Below, piece by piece: positions 46,311-56,517 of a stretch of DNA of 64,000 nucleotides. The notes beneath the pieces were generated by a model that saw nothing but the letters and a program-made list of their open reading frames with translations, searched no databases and had not been told where the DNA came from. Location: positions 622,959-686,958 of the forward strand of contig CBDCCX010000006.1 in NCBI GenBank assembly GCA_965215165.1, in the 5' to 3' direction. Made by a program: the position numbers and the translations under genes. Source of the stretch: Rhodothermales bacterium. Its GTDB lineage: Bacteria; Bacteroidota; Rhodothermia; Rhodothermales; JANQRZ01. Positions within the stretch are counted from its first letter, which is position 1. Every line of letters starts with the position of its first letter.

Positions 46311-47498
46311 CTACGCCGTGGCGGTCGCCGAGCGGGTCAGGGGCTCGAAGCCGCCGTCGTCCCACTGCTCGCGCAGGTCGAGGCCGCGCGCGGCGAGGGC
46401 AGCGAAGAACGGCTCGGGCGGGACGATGCGCTCGGGCGGGGCCGCGCCGCCACCCGGCACCGCGCCGGTGGCGAGGAGCGTGGCGATGGCCGCCGCCGGG
46501 AAGCTTGTGCTGCGCTGCATCGCGGAGAAGCCCATCGCTGGGTCGTGGTGGTCGACGAGCTCGAAGGTGAGCGTCCGCGCCTCGCTCCCGATCCGGCCGT
46601 CGAGGCGGATGCGGACCAGGACCGCGTCGTGCGTGGCCCCGCCGAGGTGCTCGCGGAGCCGGCGCGTGAGCAGGTCGCGGTAGCTCAGGTGCGTCTGCAC
46701 GTCCACCGACCGCTCGTCGCCGAAGCCGAGCGCGAGCACGGCCCGCATCGCTGCGGCGTGGCCGGGGTGGCGGAGCGTCTTGTAGTCCAGGTGCTGGACG
46801 CGGCCGGCGAGGTCGAGCGGGAGGGTCGAGAGCTTGCTGGCCGTGGCGAAGGCCTCCAGCGTCTCGAAGGGCGGCGGGAACGAGACCGCCTCCAGGCCGG
46901 AGAGCGGCGGGACCGTCTGGAGCGCTCCGTCGCGGATCGCCGGGGCCGGGGCGGTGTAGCTCGTCACGAGGCGGTCGGCCCCGTAGCCGAGCCGGTGGAA
47001 GAGGGGGGCCTCCGCCTCGACAGGGATGTTCCCGACGCGCATCGTGACGGTCTCGACCTCGTCGAAGCGGCCCAGCCCGTAGAACACGAGGACGTTGACC
47101 AGGCCCGGAGCCAAGCCGCAGTTCGGGACTATCCAGCGCCCAGCGCGCTTCGCCTCGTCGTGGAGCGCCAGCTCCTGCCCGACCGCCGCCTCGTCGCCGC
47201 CGAGGTCGCAGAAGTGCGCGCCCGCGCCGAGCGACAGGGCCGCCAGCTTCGGGTTGAGCGTCGGCGCGCTGCTGCCGATCACGCACGCGCTCCCGGCCAG
47301 CACCGGGGTGATCGCGCGCTCGTCGCGGGCGTCGACGCGGACGGTGCGGACCTTCGGGCTTTGGATGAACTCCTTGAGCGCGCGCAGGCGGCCGCTCCGG
47401 TTGTCGCACACCTGCACGTGCGTCACCTCGGAGCGCACGGTCAGGTCGCAGGCAATCGCCGAGCCGATAGGTCCAGCCCCGAGGACGGTGATCTTCAT
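46311..47498 (-). CDS. Saccharopine dehydrogenase family NAD(P)-binding protein
   Basis: ATG at 47498 (MKITVLGAGPIGSAIA Rossmann motif). The segment HFCDLGGD...VPNCGLAPGLVNVL fits the Sacchrp_dh family. Substrate unknown. Confidence 0.75.
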   Translation of the reverse strand: MKITVLGAGPIGSAIACDLTVRSEVTHVQVCDNRSGRLRALKEFIQSPKVRTVRVDARDERAITPVLAGSACVIGSSAPTLNPKLAALSLGAGAHFCDLGGDEAAVGQELALHDEAKRAGRWIVPNCGLAPGLVNVLVFYGLGRFDEVETVTMRVGNIPVEAEAPLFHRLGYGADRLVTSYTAPAPAIRDGALQTVPPLSGLEAVSFPPPFETLEAFATASKLSTLPLDLAGRVQHLDYKTLRHPGHAAAMRAVLALGFGDERSVDVQTHLSYRDLLTRRLREHLGGATHDAVLVRIRLDGRIGSEARTLTFELVDHHDPAMGFSAMQRSTSFPAAAIATLLATGAVPGGGAAPPERIVPPEPFFAALAARGLDLREQWDDGGFEPLTRSATATA

Positions 47499-47670
47499 AG
47501 CGAAACGGTAGGGTGGAGAGACAGGGAACAGTTGAGGGGTGTGCGGAGCGTGGAGGGCGGGGAGGAAATCGCCCCGTCTCACTCGTTGCGATTACGGTTC
47601 AGTGTAAGACCCTCCCGCTCCGTCCAGTCCCCCCACGCCCAAAGATCGTCCTCCCGCGCCCTCTCCGCGC

Positions 47671-49302
47671 TCACCGCGACCCGGCGAAGCGGAGGAGGAC
47701 GGTCGACAGCCCGACGAGCCCCATCAGCAGCACGCTGTAGGCCGCCGCCGAGCCGAACTCGTAGAGCCGGAGCTGCGCCAGGATCTCGACCGAGATCGGC
47801 CGGTTGCCGAAGACGTAGAGCATGATCGAGGAGACGAACTCGCCGAGGGCCGCCACGAACGTCAGCAGCGTGCCGGCCGCCACGCCGGGCAGGATCGCCG
47901 GCCACACGACGCGCCGGAACGTCGTCCACGTCCCCGCACCCAGGTCGGCCGACGCCTCGGTCAGGCGCTCGTCGAAGGCGTCGAGCGCGGCCGTCGTCGA
48001 GCGGACCACGAGCGGGATGTGGCGGACGAAGTAGGCCAGCGGCAGCAGCCAGAACGTCCCGACGAGCACCTGCCCGGCCGACAAGGGCGACGGCTCGGAG
48101 AACGTCACGATCAGGTTGAGCGCGATCACGGTGCCGGGAATCGCGAACGGGAGGACGGCGAGCGTACGGAGCGCCCACCGCCCTGGCACGTAGCTGCTCG
48201 CCAACACGACCGCCGCCGCCACGCCGAAGACGACGTTCGCCGCCGTCGCTGCCGTCGCCATGCCGAGGCTGTTCAGGATCGGGTCGAGGAACTGCGGGTC
48301 GGCGAAGAGCGAGGCGTAGTTGCCCAGCGTCCAGCGCTCGGGCAGGATCTGCACGGTCCAGCTCGCCGTGTCGGCAAACGAGATCAGCCCGACCGTCAGC
48401 ACCGGCAGCACGACGAACACGAGCGCGACCGCCACCCCGATTCCGGCCACGACGGCGGCCGGTCCGCCCACCGGGGTCACCGGCCGCGCGGTGCCCTTCG
48501 ACGCGCCGAGGAGGGTGCGCCCCGGCCGGGCCTCGAGCAGAAGGAGGAAGCCGAGGCAGATCGCCGTCAGGACCGCCGAGACGGCGGCCGAGAGCGCGAG
48601 GTCGCCGTTGAGCTTGAGGTTGTAGATCTGCACCGTCAGAAATGGCTCGGTCCCGGCGAAGAGGAGGGGCGCGGTGAAGCTCGCCATCGAGAGCATGAAC
48701 ACCAGCAGCGCCGCCCCGACCAGCGCCGGCCGGAGCAGCGGCAGCACGACGCGGCGGAACGCCCGGCGGCCTCCCGCCCCGAGGTCGGCCGACGCTTCCA
48801 GGAGGCTCGCGTCGAGGTCCCGGAGCGCGGCGCTCGCGAAGAGGAAGAAGTAGACGTAGAAGGCGTAGACGTGGACCAGCCACACCGCCCACAGCCCGCT
48901 GAAGGCGAACGGCACCTCGGCCAGCCCCAGCCCGTCGCGGAGCGCGCGCGGCAGGATGCCCGTCTCGCCGTAGAGGAACAGGAACGCCAGCACGCCGACG
49001 AGCGGCGGCAGCGCCAGCGGCAGCGCCGCCGCCGCCTGCACCGTCCGCCGGAGCGGCAGGTCGTAGCGCCACAGCGCCCACGCCAGCCCCGTCCCGACCA
49101 CGCTCGCCCCGGCGACCGTCGCCAGCGAAATGCCGACCGAGTTGACGAGCGCCCGCACGTTCGCCCCGCGCCAGCCGCCGAAGAACTCGCCCAGGTGGCT
49201 GACCCCGAGGGCGAGGGTCTGCAGCGCCGGCCACAGCACGTACCCGACGAGCACGAGCGCCACCGGCACGGCGAGCACGAGAGCAGCGCGGCGCGTCAGC
49301 AT
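47671..49302 (-). CDS. ABC transporter permease with two fused transmembrane domains (Fe3+/thiamine-type)
   Basis: 543 aa. The EAA-loop context occurs twice: LLEASADLGAGGRRAFRRVVLPLLRPAL and LTEASADLGAGTWTTFRRVVWPAILPGV. No binding-protein or ATPase gene lies next to it. Confidence 0.85.
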   Translation of the reverse strand: MLTRRAALVLAVPVALVLVGYVLWPALQTLALGVSHLGEFFGGWRGANVRALVNSVGISLATVAGASVVGTGLAWALWRYDLPLRRTVQAAAALPLALPPLVGVLAFLFLYGETGILPRALRDGLGLAEVPFAFSGLWAVWLVHVYAFYVYFFLFASAALRDLDASLLEASADLGAGGRRAFRRVVLPLLRPALVGAALLVFMLSMASFTAPLLFAGTEPFLTVQIYNLKLNGDLALSAAVSAVLTAICLGFLLLLEARPGRTLLGASKGTARPVTPVGGPAAVVAGIGVAVALVFVVLPVLTVGLISFADTASWTVQILPERWTLGNYASLFADPQFLDPILNSLGMATAATAANVVFGVAAAVVLASSYVPGRWALRTLAVLPFAIPGTVIALNLIVTFSEPSPLSAGQVLVGTFWLLPLAYFVRHIPLVVRSTTAALDAFDERLTEASADLGAGTWTTFRRVVWPAILPGVAAGTLLTFVAALGEFVSSIMLYVFGNRPISVEILAQLRLYEFGSAAAYSVLLMGLVGLSTVLLRFAGSR

Positions 49303-49320
49303 AAAGTCGCCAAGCAGACG

Positions 49321-50200
49321 TCAGATAGAGTGAAACCAGCCGTCATCGACATGAACGCGCTCTACCACTTCGGTTTCGACTTCTACTCCAAGTCTCAACT
49401 CTTTGAGCTTGTCTGCTAGCGCATCTCCATCGATCAGGTCGATTGGAGGTGCTCCGTCTCGGGTTGCTTCGCGGACCGCATCGCGGGTGAAGTGCCCTGT
49501 GGTAATGAAGAGACCTTTGTCCGCTCGCCCAATCATGGCACCGCGAAAATCGCGGATGTGCGGGGAGGTCACAGACCCCTGATAGCGCTTGCACTGGAAA
49601 ATGACGTGGAAGCTCAACAAGCCTCCCACGCGCATGATCCCCTTGCCGTCGATGCCGCCGTCTCCGCTCTTGCCTGTCACCTCGACTTGGATGAACCCAG
49701 ATTCCCTAAGCAAGCGCTTGGTCAAGCGCTCGAAGCCATCGGGGGAGAGCTCTTCCGTGAGCACCCGGTGCAAGGTCGCGCGCCACGATTTAGCTTCTTC
49801 GGGGGCATCGTCAGAGGATTCCTCTAGCTCCTCCGCTTCACGCTCGGCACGCTCTCGTCTGTTCACCTCACGGACGAAACGGACAATCTCATCTGGGTCG
49901 ATCCGCTCCACGTCACGCTGGTCGGGTTTCAAGACCCACACGCCCCGGCTGGAGTTTTCGATGACGCCGTACTTCGTACTTCTTCAGGTAGGTTCGTGCC
50001 CAGGCCAGCCGGTACTCGATCTCTGTCTGGTTGCTCTTCTCAGGATTGTGTAGCGCCTCGAGTACATCGTCCGACAGGTCCAATCTGCTGGTGGTGGCTT
50101 CGTTGATCTCACTGATCGAACCTGAGCCGCCAAGTTCATGCAGCGCCGCGAGCAGGGGGTTCATCATCTCGTGGTACTGCGGGACCTGGTCTCTTTTCAT
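49321..50200 (-). pseudogene. mrr: Mrr-type restriction endonuclease, frameshifted by a 7-bp tandem duplication
   Basis: ORF 49913..50200 encodes an Mrr_N-like winged helix (QYHEMMNPLLAALHELGG...IEYRLAWARTYLKKY). ORF 49321..49941 encodes the Mrr catalytic core (GFIQVEVTGKSGDGGIDGKG...FQCKRY). The plus strand carries CGTACTT twice, at 49968-49974 and 49975-49981. Deleting one copy joins the two frames (YLKKYGVIENSSRGVWVLKP) into an 873-nt ORF. Confidence 0.8.
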
Positions 50201-50300
50201 CTTCTCGGGTCTATCGCTTGAGGCAGATGGAATCTACGCCTGGGCGCGACATGTTTAGGTTTTCCCGATCCACGCCAAGCGAGGCTATCTTTCTCCCCCT

Positions 50301-50373
50301 GCCCTCGTAGCTCAGGGGAAAGAGCGTCGGTTTCCTAAACCGCAGGTCGCAGGTTCGAATCCTGCCGAGGGCG
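50301..50373 (+). tRNA. tRNA-Arg (anticodon CCT)
   Basis: Manual cloverleaf. Acceptor stem GCCCTCG/CGAGGGC. D arm GCTC-AGGGGAAA-GAGC. Anticodon loop TTCCTAA with U33 and A37. T arm GCAGG-TTCGAAT-CCTGC. Discriminator G. There is one T:C mismatch at 27:43. Confidence 0.85.
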
Positions 50374-50384
50374 CGCAGTCGCGA

Positions 50385-50430
50385 GGGATCGGCGGCCGGG
50401 GCCAGGGGTTGAAGCAGACCCGCCGATCCC
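50385..50430 (+). terminator. Hairpin GGGATCGGCGG-N24-CCGCCGATCCC between tRNA-Arg and copA
   Basis: 11-bp perfect arms at 50385-50395 and 50420-50430. It ends 7 nt before the copA ATG, so it could be a tRNA terminator or a copA leader structure. Confidence 0.4.
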
Positions 50431-50437
50431 GCCTTGC

Positions 50438-52684
50438 ATGACACAGCCCCCCGCTCTACCCGAGGCCTCCACCGATGCAGCCCGGCTCGCGCTGCCGGTC
50501 GAGGGGATGGAGTGCGCCGCGTGCGCCGTTCGCGTCGAGAAGGCGCTCGGCAAGCAGACCGGCGTCCGCTCGGCGAGCGTCAACTATGCCACGGCCGAAG
50601 CGCTCGTCGCCTACGATCCGGCCGCAACCAGCCTGGACCGGCTCGCCGCCGCCGTCGAGGCGACGGGCTACCGGGTCCGAACCGAGACCCCCGACGAGGC
50701 GGAGGCTGCCGAGGAGCGCGAGGCAGGCTACCGGGCGACGCGCCGACGGACCATCATTGCCGTGCTGCTGTCGCTGCCGGTCATGGTGCTCTCAATGGCG
50801 CACGGGGCGCTCGACTTCGCCGGGATGCGGTGGGTGATGCTCGCGCTCACGACGCCCGTCGTGGTCTGGGCGGGCGCACCGTTTTTCGCCGGGGCGTGGC
50901 GCTCGCTCCGCCACCGCGCAACCGACATGAACACGCTCGTCGCGCTCGGCGTCGGCGCGGCTTATGGGTACAGCGCCCTCGCCACGCTCGCGCCGGGGCT
51001 GTGGGTGCGGACGACTGGCGCGGTGCCGGAGGTCTACTTCGAGGCCGCCGCCGTGATCGTCACCCTGATCCTGCTCGGGCGGCGGCTGGAGGAGCGGGCG
51101 AAGCGGCAGACCGGCGCGGCCGTCCGCGCGCTGATCGGGCTGCAACCGGAGACGGCGCGCGTCCGCCGCGACGGCCGCGAGGTCGAGGTCCCGGTGGCGG
51201 ACGTAGCGGTGGGCGACGTGCTCGTGGTGCGGCCGGGCGAGCGGGTGCCGCTCGACGGGACCGTCACGGAAGGCGCGTCGGCCGTGGACGAGAGCATGCT
51301 CACCGGCGAGCCGCTGCCGGTCGAGAAGCGGCCGGGCGACGCGGTCACGGGCGCGACGCTCAACCGGACGGGCGCGTTCGCCTTCCGCGTCACGCGCACC
51401 GGCGAGGGCACGACGCTGGCCCAGATCGTCCGGCTCGTCCGGGAGGCGCAGGGCCGCAAAGCCCCGATCCAACGCCTCGCCGACACCGTGGCCGGCGTCT
51501 TCGTGCCGGTCGTCCTGCTCATCGCCGTCGCCGCGTTCGTGGTCTGGCTCGCCGTCGGGCCGGAGCCGCCGCTTGCGCACGCGCTGCTCGCCCTCGTCAG
51601 CGTGCTCATCATCGCCTGCCCGTGCGCGCTCGGGCTCGCCACGCCGACGGCCATCGTCGTGGCGACGGGCCGCGCCGCCGAGCAGGGCCTCCTCTTCAAA
51701 GGCGGCGACGCCGTCGAGCGCGTCGGCGATGTCGAGGTTGTGCTGCTCGACAAGACGGGGACGCTCACCGAGGGCACGCCCCGGCTCACCGACATCGCCC
51801 CGCTCGGCCGGTGGACGGAGGCCGACCTGCTCGCGTTCGCCGCCGCGGCCGAAGCCCGGAGCGAGCACCCGATTGGCGAAGCCATCGTCGCCGAGGCCGA
51901 GGCGCGACGCCTCGCGCTGCCGCCCGCCGAGGCCTTCGAGTCGCAGACCGGCCTGGGGATCGAGGCGACGGTCGGCGGGCGGGCCGTGCGGATCGGCAAC
52001 CGGGACTTTTTGGCCGAGCACGGCATCGAACAGACCGGCCTCGATGGGATCGAAGCCGACCTGGCGCGCTCGGGCAAGACGGTCGTCCGCGTGGCGATCG
52101 CTGGCGAGGCAGCGGGCGTGCTCGCGGTCGCCGACACGGTGCGGCCGACCTCGAAGGAGGCCGTCGCCGCGCTCCACGGCCTCGGCCTCGAGGTGGTGAT
52201 GGTGACGGGCGATGCCGAGGCGTCGGCACGCGCCGTGGCGGCCGCCGTCGGGATCGAGCGCGTCGAGGCGAACGTCCGGCCCGCCGACAAGGCCGAGGTC
52301 GTCCGGCGCTACCAGCGCGCAGGCAAGACCGTGGCGATGGTCGGCGACGGGATCAACGACGCGCCCGCGCTCGCAGCTGCGGACGTCGGCGTGGCGATGG
52401 GGGCCGGGACCGACATCGCCGTCGAGGCCAGCGACGTGACCCTCGTGCGCGACAGCCTGCTCGCCGTCGCCGACGCGTTCCGGCTCTCGCGGCGGACGAT
52501 GCGGACGATCCGGCAAAACCTGTTCTTCGCCTTCGTCTACAACGTCGTCGGCATACCGGTCGCGGCCGGCGTGCTCTACCCGGCCTTCGGCCTCCTGCTC
52601 TCGCCGGTCATCGCCTCGGCGGCGATGGCGCTCTCGTCGGTGTCGGTCGTCACGAACAGCCTCCGCCTGCGCCGCCTCAGGTGA
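50438..52684 (+). CDS. copA: Copper-translocating P1B-type ATPase
   Basis: 748 aa. HMA domain [17 protein letters not shown]6 motif [13 protein letters not shown]. Also DKTGTLT and [10 protein letters not shown]. Confidence 0.92.
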   Translation: MTQPPALPEASTDAARLALPVEGMECAACAVRVEKALGKQTGVRSASVNYATAEALVAYDPAATSLDRLAAAVEATGYRVRTETPDEAEAAEEREAGYRATRRRTIIAVLLSLPVMVLSMAHGALDFAGMRWVMLALTTPVVVWAGAPFFAGAWRSLRHRATDMNTLVALGVGAAYGYSALATLAPGLWVRTTGAVPEVYFEAAAVIVTLILLGRRLEERAKRQTGAAVRALIGLQPETARVRRDGREVEVPVADVAVGDVLVVRPGERVPLDGTVTEGASAVDESMLTGEPLPVEKRPGDAVTGATLNRTGAFAFRVTRTGEGTTLAQIVRLVREAQGRKAPIQRLADTVAGVFVPVVLLIAVAAFVVWLAVGPEPPLAHALLALVSVLIIACPCALGLATPTAIVVATGRAAEQGLLFKGGDAVERVGDVEVVLLDKTGTLTEGTPRLTDIAPLGRWTEADLLAFAAAAEARSEHPIGEAIVAEAEARRLALPPAEAFESQTGLGIEATVGGRAVRIGNRDFLAEHGIEQTGLDGIEADLARSGKTVVRVAIAGEAAGVLAVADTVRPTSKEAVAALHGLGLEVVMVTGDAEASARAVAAAVGIERVEANVRPADKAEVVRRYQRAGKTVAMVGDGINDAPALAAADVGVAMGAGTDIAVEASDVTLVRDSLLAVADAFRLSRRTMRTIRQNLFFAFVYNVVGIPVAAGVLYPAFGLLLSPVIASAAMALSSVSVVTNSLRLRRLR

Positions 52685-55600
52685 TCTGCAAGAAGTCTTC
52701 GGCCAGCACCCGGTCGAGCGTGTCGGCGAGGAGGTCCGCGTCGGCGGTCGAGAAGACGAGCGGCGGCTTGATCTTGACGACGTTGTGCAGCGGCCCGTCG
52801 GTGCTGAGCAAGAGGCCGTGCTCGCGCATCCGCTCGACGAGGTAGGTCGCCTGCTCGGGAGCCGGCGCGAAGGTCTCGTGCTCGCGGACGAGCTCGACCC
52901 CGAGAAACAGCCCGAGGCCGCGCACGTCGCCGAGGACTGCGTGCCGCGCTGCGAGATCCGCCAGGCGCTGTTCCAGGTGGCGGCCGACCGTCGCGGCTCG
53001 CGCGCGCAGGCCCTCGCGCTCGATCACGTCCAGCACCGCGAGGCCGACCGCGCACGAGACGGGGTTCCCGCCGTAGGTGTTGAAATACTCCATGCCGTTG
53101 GCGAACGACGCGGCGAGGGCGGGCGTCGTCACGACCGCCGCGAGCGGGTGCCCGTTGCCCATCGGCTTGCCGAGCGTCACGATGTCCGGCACCACCGCCT
53201 GCGTCTCGAACCCCCACCAGTGCGAGCCGACGCGCCCGAACCCGACCTGCACCTCGTCGGCGATGCAGACGCCGCCCGCCGCCCGCGTGAGCCGGTACGC
53301 CTCGGCCAGAAACCCGTCCGGCAGCACGATCTGCCCGCCGCAGCCCAGCACCGACTCGGCGATAAACGCAGCCACGCCGCCCGGCCCGATGGCCTCGGCG
53401 AGATGCTCGGGAAACAGGGCGAGGTCGCCGCGCAGCGGGTCCGGCATCGGGACCGCGCGGACGTGGGGTGGCGCACCCGCCCCGCCCGGCCCGTCGTGCT
53501 TGTACGGGCTGATCTCGATGAGCGCCGCCGTGTGCCCGTGGTAGGCCCCGCCGAGCACGACGACGTCCTGCGCGCCGGTGTGGGCGCGGGCCAGACGGAG
53601 GGCGAGGTCGTTCGCCTCGCTGCCGCTGTTGACGAAGAAGCAGACCGAGAGCGGGTCCGGGAAGAGCGCCGTCAGCCGCTCGGCGTAGTCAACGATGAGC
53701 GGGTGGAGGTAGCGCGTGTTCGTGTTCAGCGTCGCCATCTGCCGCGCCGCCGCTCGGACGACCGCCGGGTGCGCGTGCCCGACGTGGCAGACGTTGTTGA
53801 TGCAGTCGAGGTACGGCCGCCCGGCCTCGTCGTAGAGCCGCGCCCCGATGCCCCGCACGAGGTGGAGGGGTCGCCGGTACGACGTGCTCAGCGACGGCCC
53901 GAGGCGCTCAGCCCGCGCGCCGAGAATCTCCTCGCGGCTCCGGCCCTTCGCAAGGAACGCATCGCCGGGGATGCGGAGGAGGAGGTTCGGGTCGGGGCAG
54001 ACGCTCGTCCAGACGGCGCGCTCGTCGGGGCTCCCGACACCGGGGAAGTCACCGCGCCGTTCGAGGAGGTCCGTGATGAGTTGGAAGTGGAGGTGCGGGG
54101 CCCAGCCGCCGTTCTCGTCCGGCGCGCCGAGCGTCCCGATCTGCTGCCCGGCGGCGACGGCCTCGCCCTCGGCTAGGTCATCGAGGGAGACCCGGCTGAG
54201 GTGACCGTAGAGCGTCCAGAACGGCGGGCACGCCGGGGGCCGGTGCTCGAGAATGACCGTCGGCCCGTAGTCGAGCGGCAGCGCGTTGTCGACGACGCTG
54301 TAGACGGTGCCGTCGAGGGGGGCGAAGACGGGCGCGCCGGCCGGCTGGAACAGGTCGATCCCGAGGTGGACGGTCCGCGCGCCGCCGGACGGGGTGCGGA
54401 ACTGCTCGCCGGTGTAGACCAGCCGCGCCTCGTCGTAGCGCCCGACGCCGACCTCGGCTCCGGCGGCACGCATCCGAGCCTCGATCTCGTCGGACGCCAG
54501 CATCGGCACCGAGAGCGCGTCGGGGTCCCACTCGGTGCTGCCCACGCTGAAGTCGAACACGACGACCGGCGCGGCGCTCGGCGCGGGCCGGACGACCGGC
54601 GCGAAGGTGTCTGCATTCGCCTCCAGCCACGCGGCGACGGCCGGGGCGTCGGGGCACGGCTCGAGGCCGCAGGCGGCGCGGAGACGGTAGGTCGCCCACC
54701 GGGGGTGCACGGCGTCGAGCCGGGCGAGCGCGGCCCACGCCGCCGCCTCGCTGACCGAGAGGTAGGCCTCGTCCGGCTCGTCGCGCCGCCGGAAGGCGGA
54801 CATCGCTACGCTCAGGCACAGGCGCTGCACGGCGAGCGGGAAGAACGCCGCTAGCTCCGCCTCGGTGAGCGGATAGGCCGCGTGAAACCCCGTCGCCACC
54901 GCTGCCATCGACCCGACCGGGTCGGCGGTGTCGAGCGCCGCATAGGCCGCCGCAATCGCGGGGTCGGCGACGGTGTAGGACCAGACCGCGTCGCCGAAGT
55001 CGATCAGGCCGACGACCGAGCGCTCCGGGGCGGTCGGTGGGGAGACCAAGACGTTGTGGTCGTTGGCGTCGCCGTGAATCAGGCTGAGGCGGAGCGCATC
55101 ACGGTGCGGCTTGAGGGCGCGCTCGGTCCGGTCCAGCAGGCGGTCGACAAGCGCGCGGCGGACCGGGTCGGCGACGTGCTCCAGACGGCGACGGGCCACG
55201 TCCGCTGCTCGGCTGCTCTCCCAGTCGAAGGCTCGGTGCGCGGCCGGCGGGTTGGCCCCGTCGAGGCCGGCGGCGAGGCGGCCGAGCGTGCGGCCGAGGT
55301 CCTGCAGCAGCGTCTCCGACTGCGGCCGGACGTCGGCGAGCGGGACGCCTGGGAGAAACGTCACGACCCAAGCGGAGAACGCTTGCCCGCCGTGCTCTAG
55401 CGCCGTCAGGTCTGAACCTGACAGGTCGGGGATGGCGGTCGGGCACGGCACCCCGCCGGCCGCGAGGCGTTGCATCATCTCGACTTGCATCTCCAGCACC
55501 GCCCGGTCCTCGGCGGCGCTTGCGATCTTCAGCACGAACGCCGGCTCGCCGTCAGCGTGGAGCAAAAAGTTCTGGTCGCGGTCGCTCGGCAGGGCCGTCG

Positions 55601-55688
55601 CCGAGGCGGTCAGGCCGAAGTGCTCGCGTGCAGCCTGCTCGGCGTCGGCGGGAGAGAGGCGAGGGCGGGCGTCGGCGAGCGTCGGCAC
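52677..55688 (-). CDS. Tri-domain fusion of an APH/hydroxylysine-kinase-like phosphotransferase, an M23 peptidase domain and a class-III aminotransferase of the AGXT2L phospho-lyase type
   Basis: 1003 aa. Kinase motifs [13 protein letters not shown] and IDFGD. M23 motifs TVHLGIDLF (HxxxD), TLYGHLS and APHLHFQL (HxH). PLP enzyme motifs [30 protein letters not shown] and [12 protein letters not shown] (Lys). The 3' end overlaps the copA 3' end by 8 nt (convergent genes). Confidence 0.8.
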   Translation of the reverse strand: MPTLADARPRLSPADAEQAAREHFGLTASATALPSDRDQNFLLHADGEPAFVLKIASAAEDRAVLEMQVEMMQRLAAGGVPCPTAIPDLSGSDLTALEHGGQAFSAWVVTFLPGVPLADVRPQSETLLQDLGRTLGRLAAGLDGANPPAAHRAFDWESSRAADVARRRLEHVADPVRRALVDRLLDRTERALKPHRDALRLSLIHGDANDHNVLVSPPTAPERSVVGLIDFGDAVWSYTVADPAIAAAYAALDTADPVGSMAAVATGFHAAYPLTEAELAAFFPLAVQRLCLSVAMSAFRRRDEPDEAYLSVSEAAAWAALARLDAVHPRWATYRLRAACGLEPCPDAPAVAAWLEANADTFAPVVRPAPSAAPVVVFDFSVGSTEWDPDALSVPMLASDEIEARMRAAGAEVGVGRYDEARLVYTGEQFRTPSGGARTVHLGIDLFQPAGAPVFAPLDGTVYSVVDNALPLDYGPTVILEHRPPACPPFWTLYGHLSRVSLDDLAEGEAVAAGQQIGTLGAPDENGGWAPHLHFQLITDLLERRGDFPGVGSPDERAVWTSVCPDPNLLLRIPGDAFLAKGRSREEILGARAERLGPSLSTSYRRPLHLVRGIGARLYDEAGRPYLDCINNVCHVGHAHPAVVRAAARQMATLNTNTRYLHPLIVDYAERLTALFPDPLSVCFFVNSGSEANDLALRLARAHTGAQDVVVLGGAYHGHTAALIEISPYKHDGPGGAGAPPHVRAVPMPDPLRGDLALFPEHLAEAIGPGGVAAFIAESVLGCGGQIVLPDGFLAEAYRLTRAAGGVCIADEVQVGFGRVGSHWWGFETQAVVPDIVTLGKPMGNGHPLAAVVTTPALAASFANGMEYFNTYGGNPVSCAVGLAVLDVIEREGLRARAATVGRHLEQRLADLAARHAVLGDVRGLGLFLGVELVREHETFAPAPEQATYLVERMREHGLLLSTDGPLHNVVKIKPPLVFSTADADLLADTLDRVLAEDFLQIT

Positions 55689-55767
55689 AGCGAGCAGCGG
55701 GCAGAGGGAGATGGGAAAGGTACCTACCCGTGGTACCTCGTCTGCGTCGCCGCGTCCGTGGTGCGCG

Positions 55768-56211
55768 TCAGTGGTTCGCGAAGACGGCGGCGCGGCCGTC
55801 CCGGGTGAACATGAACACGTCGTAGGACTGTGCCGGCCGGCCCTCGATCTCCATGCCCGGCGAGCCGATAGGCATCCCCGGCACGGCGAGGCCGACGGTC
55901 TCCGCCGGCTTCTCGGCGAGGAGCCGGCGCACGTCCTCGGCCGGGACGTGGCCCTCGACCACGTAGTCGCCCACGACGGCAGTGTGGCAGGACGCGAGCT
56001 GGTCTGGCACGCCGAGGCGGGTCTTCACATCCGCCAAGCTCGGCACGTCGACGCGCTCAACGGTAAAGCCGGCCTCGGTCATGTGGTCGGCCCAGAGCGC
56101 GCAGCAGCCGCAGGTCGGCGTTTTGTAGACGGTCACGACCGGCTGCGCCTCGGAGCGGCAACCGGCGAGCGAGAGCGTGCAGAACAGGAGGGCGGCGAGG
56201 GCGAGGCGCAT
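55768..56211 (-). CDS. DUF411 (CopG-like) metal-binding lipoprotein
   Basis: 147 aa. Lipobox LSLAGC. Motifs seen: TPTCGCCALWADHM, CHTAVVGDYVVEGHVPA, and GMPIGSPGME. Confidence 0.8.
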   Translation of the reverse strand: MRLALAALLFCTLSLAGCRSEAQPVVTVYKTPTCGCCALWADHMTEAGFTVERVDVPSLADVKTRLGVPDQLASCHTAVVGDYVVEGHVPAEDVRRLLAEKPAETVGLAVPGMPIGSPGMEIEGRPAQSYDVFMFTRDGRAAVFANH

Positions 56212-56225
56212 GGGGGAAACCGGTC

Positions 56226-56256
56226 AGGGAGAGCGGAGACTAGGGAGAGCGGAGAC
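56226..56256. repeat. Tandem duplication AGGGAGAGCGGAGAC (T) AGGGAGAGCGGAGAC just upstream of the DUF411 start codon
   Basis: Copies lie at 56226-56240 and 56242-56256, read directly. The first copy begins 15 nt from the ATG (56211). Confidence 0.85.
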
Positions 56257-56517
56257 GGGCAGAACCTACGCACGGCGCGCGTTTCTGTTCACAGCCGAGG
56301 CAGCCGGCGAGCAGCAGGGCAGAGGCGAGCAGAGCACGGAGCATAGCGTGAGGCACGGTCGGGTGGAGCCAAACTACGGAGGTGCGCCGCCGCGTCAAAT
56401 CCTCGTGGGGAGGCGGGGCGCAGCGCGGCCGACGCTATTTTTCTGCCCACTGCCCACTGCCCACTGCTGCCCGTGCTCGTCCCCGACTACGCCAAGCCCG
56501 AGGCCCCTGGCCTCGCG

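Noticed and set aside
50301-50373. tRNA-Arg(CCT) considered as a pseudo-tRNA because of a T:C mismatch at 27:43
   Set aside because: All other stems, U33, the purine at position 37, the T-loop TTCGAAT and the D-loop GG are intact. A single mismatch at the top of the anticodon stem is tolerated in genuine tRNAs, so it is kept as a gene.
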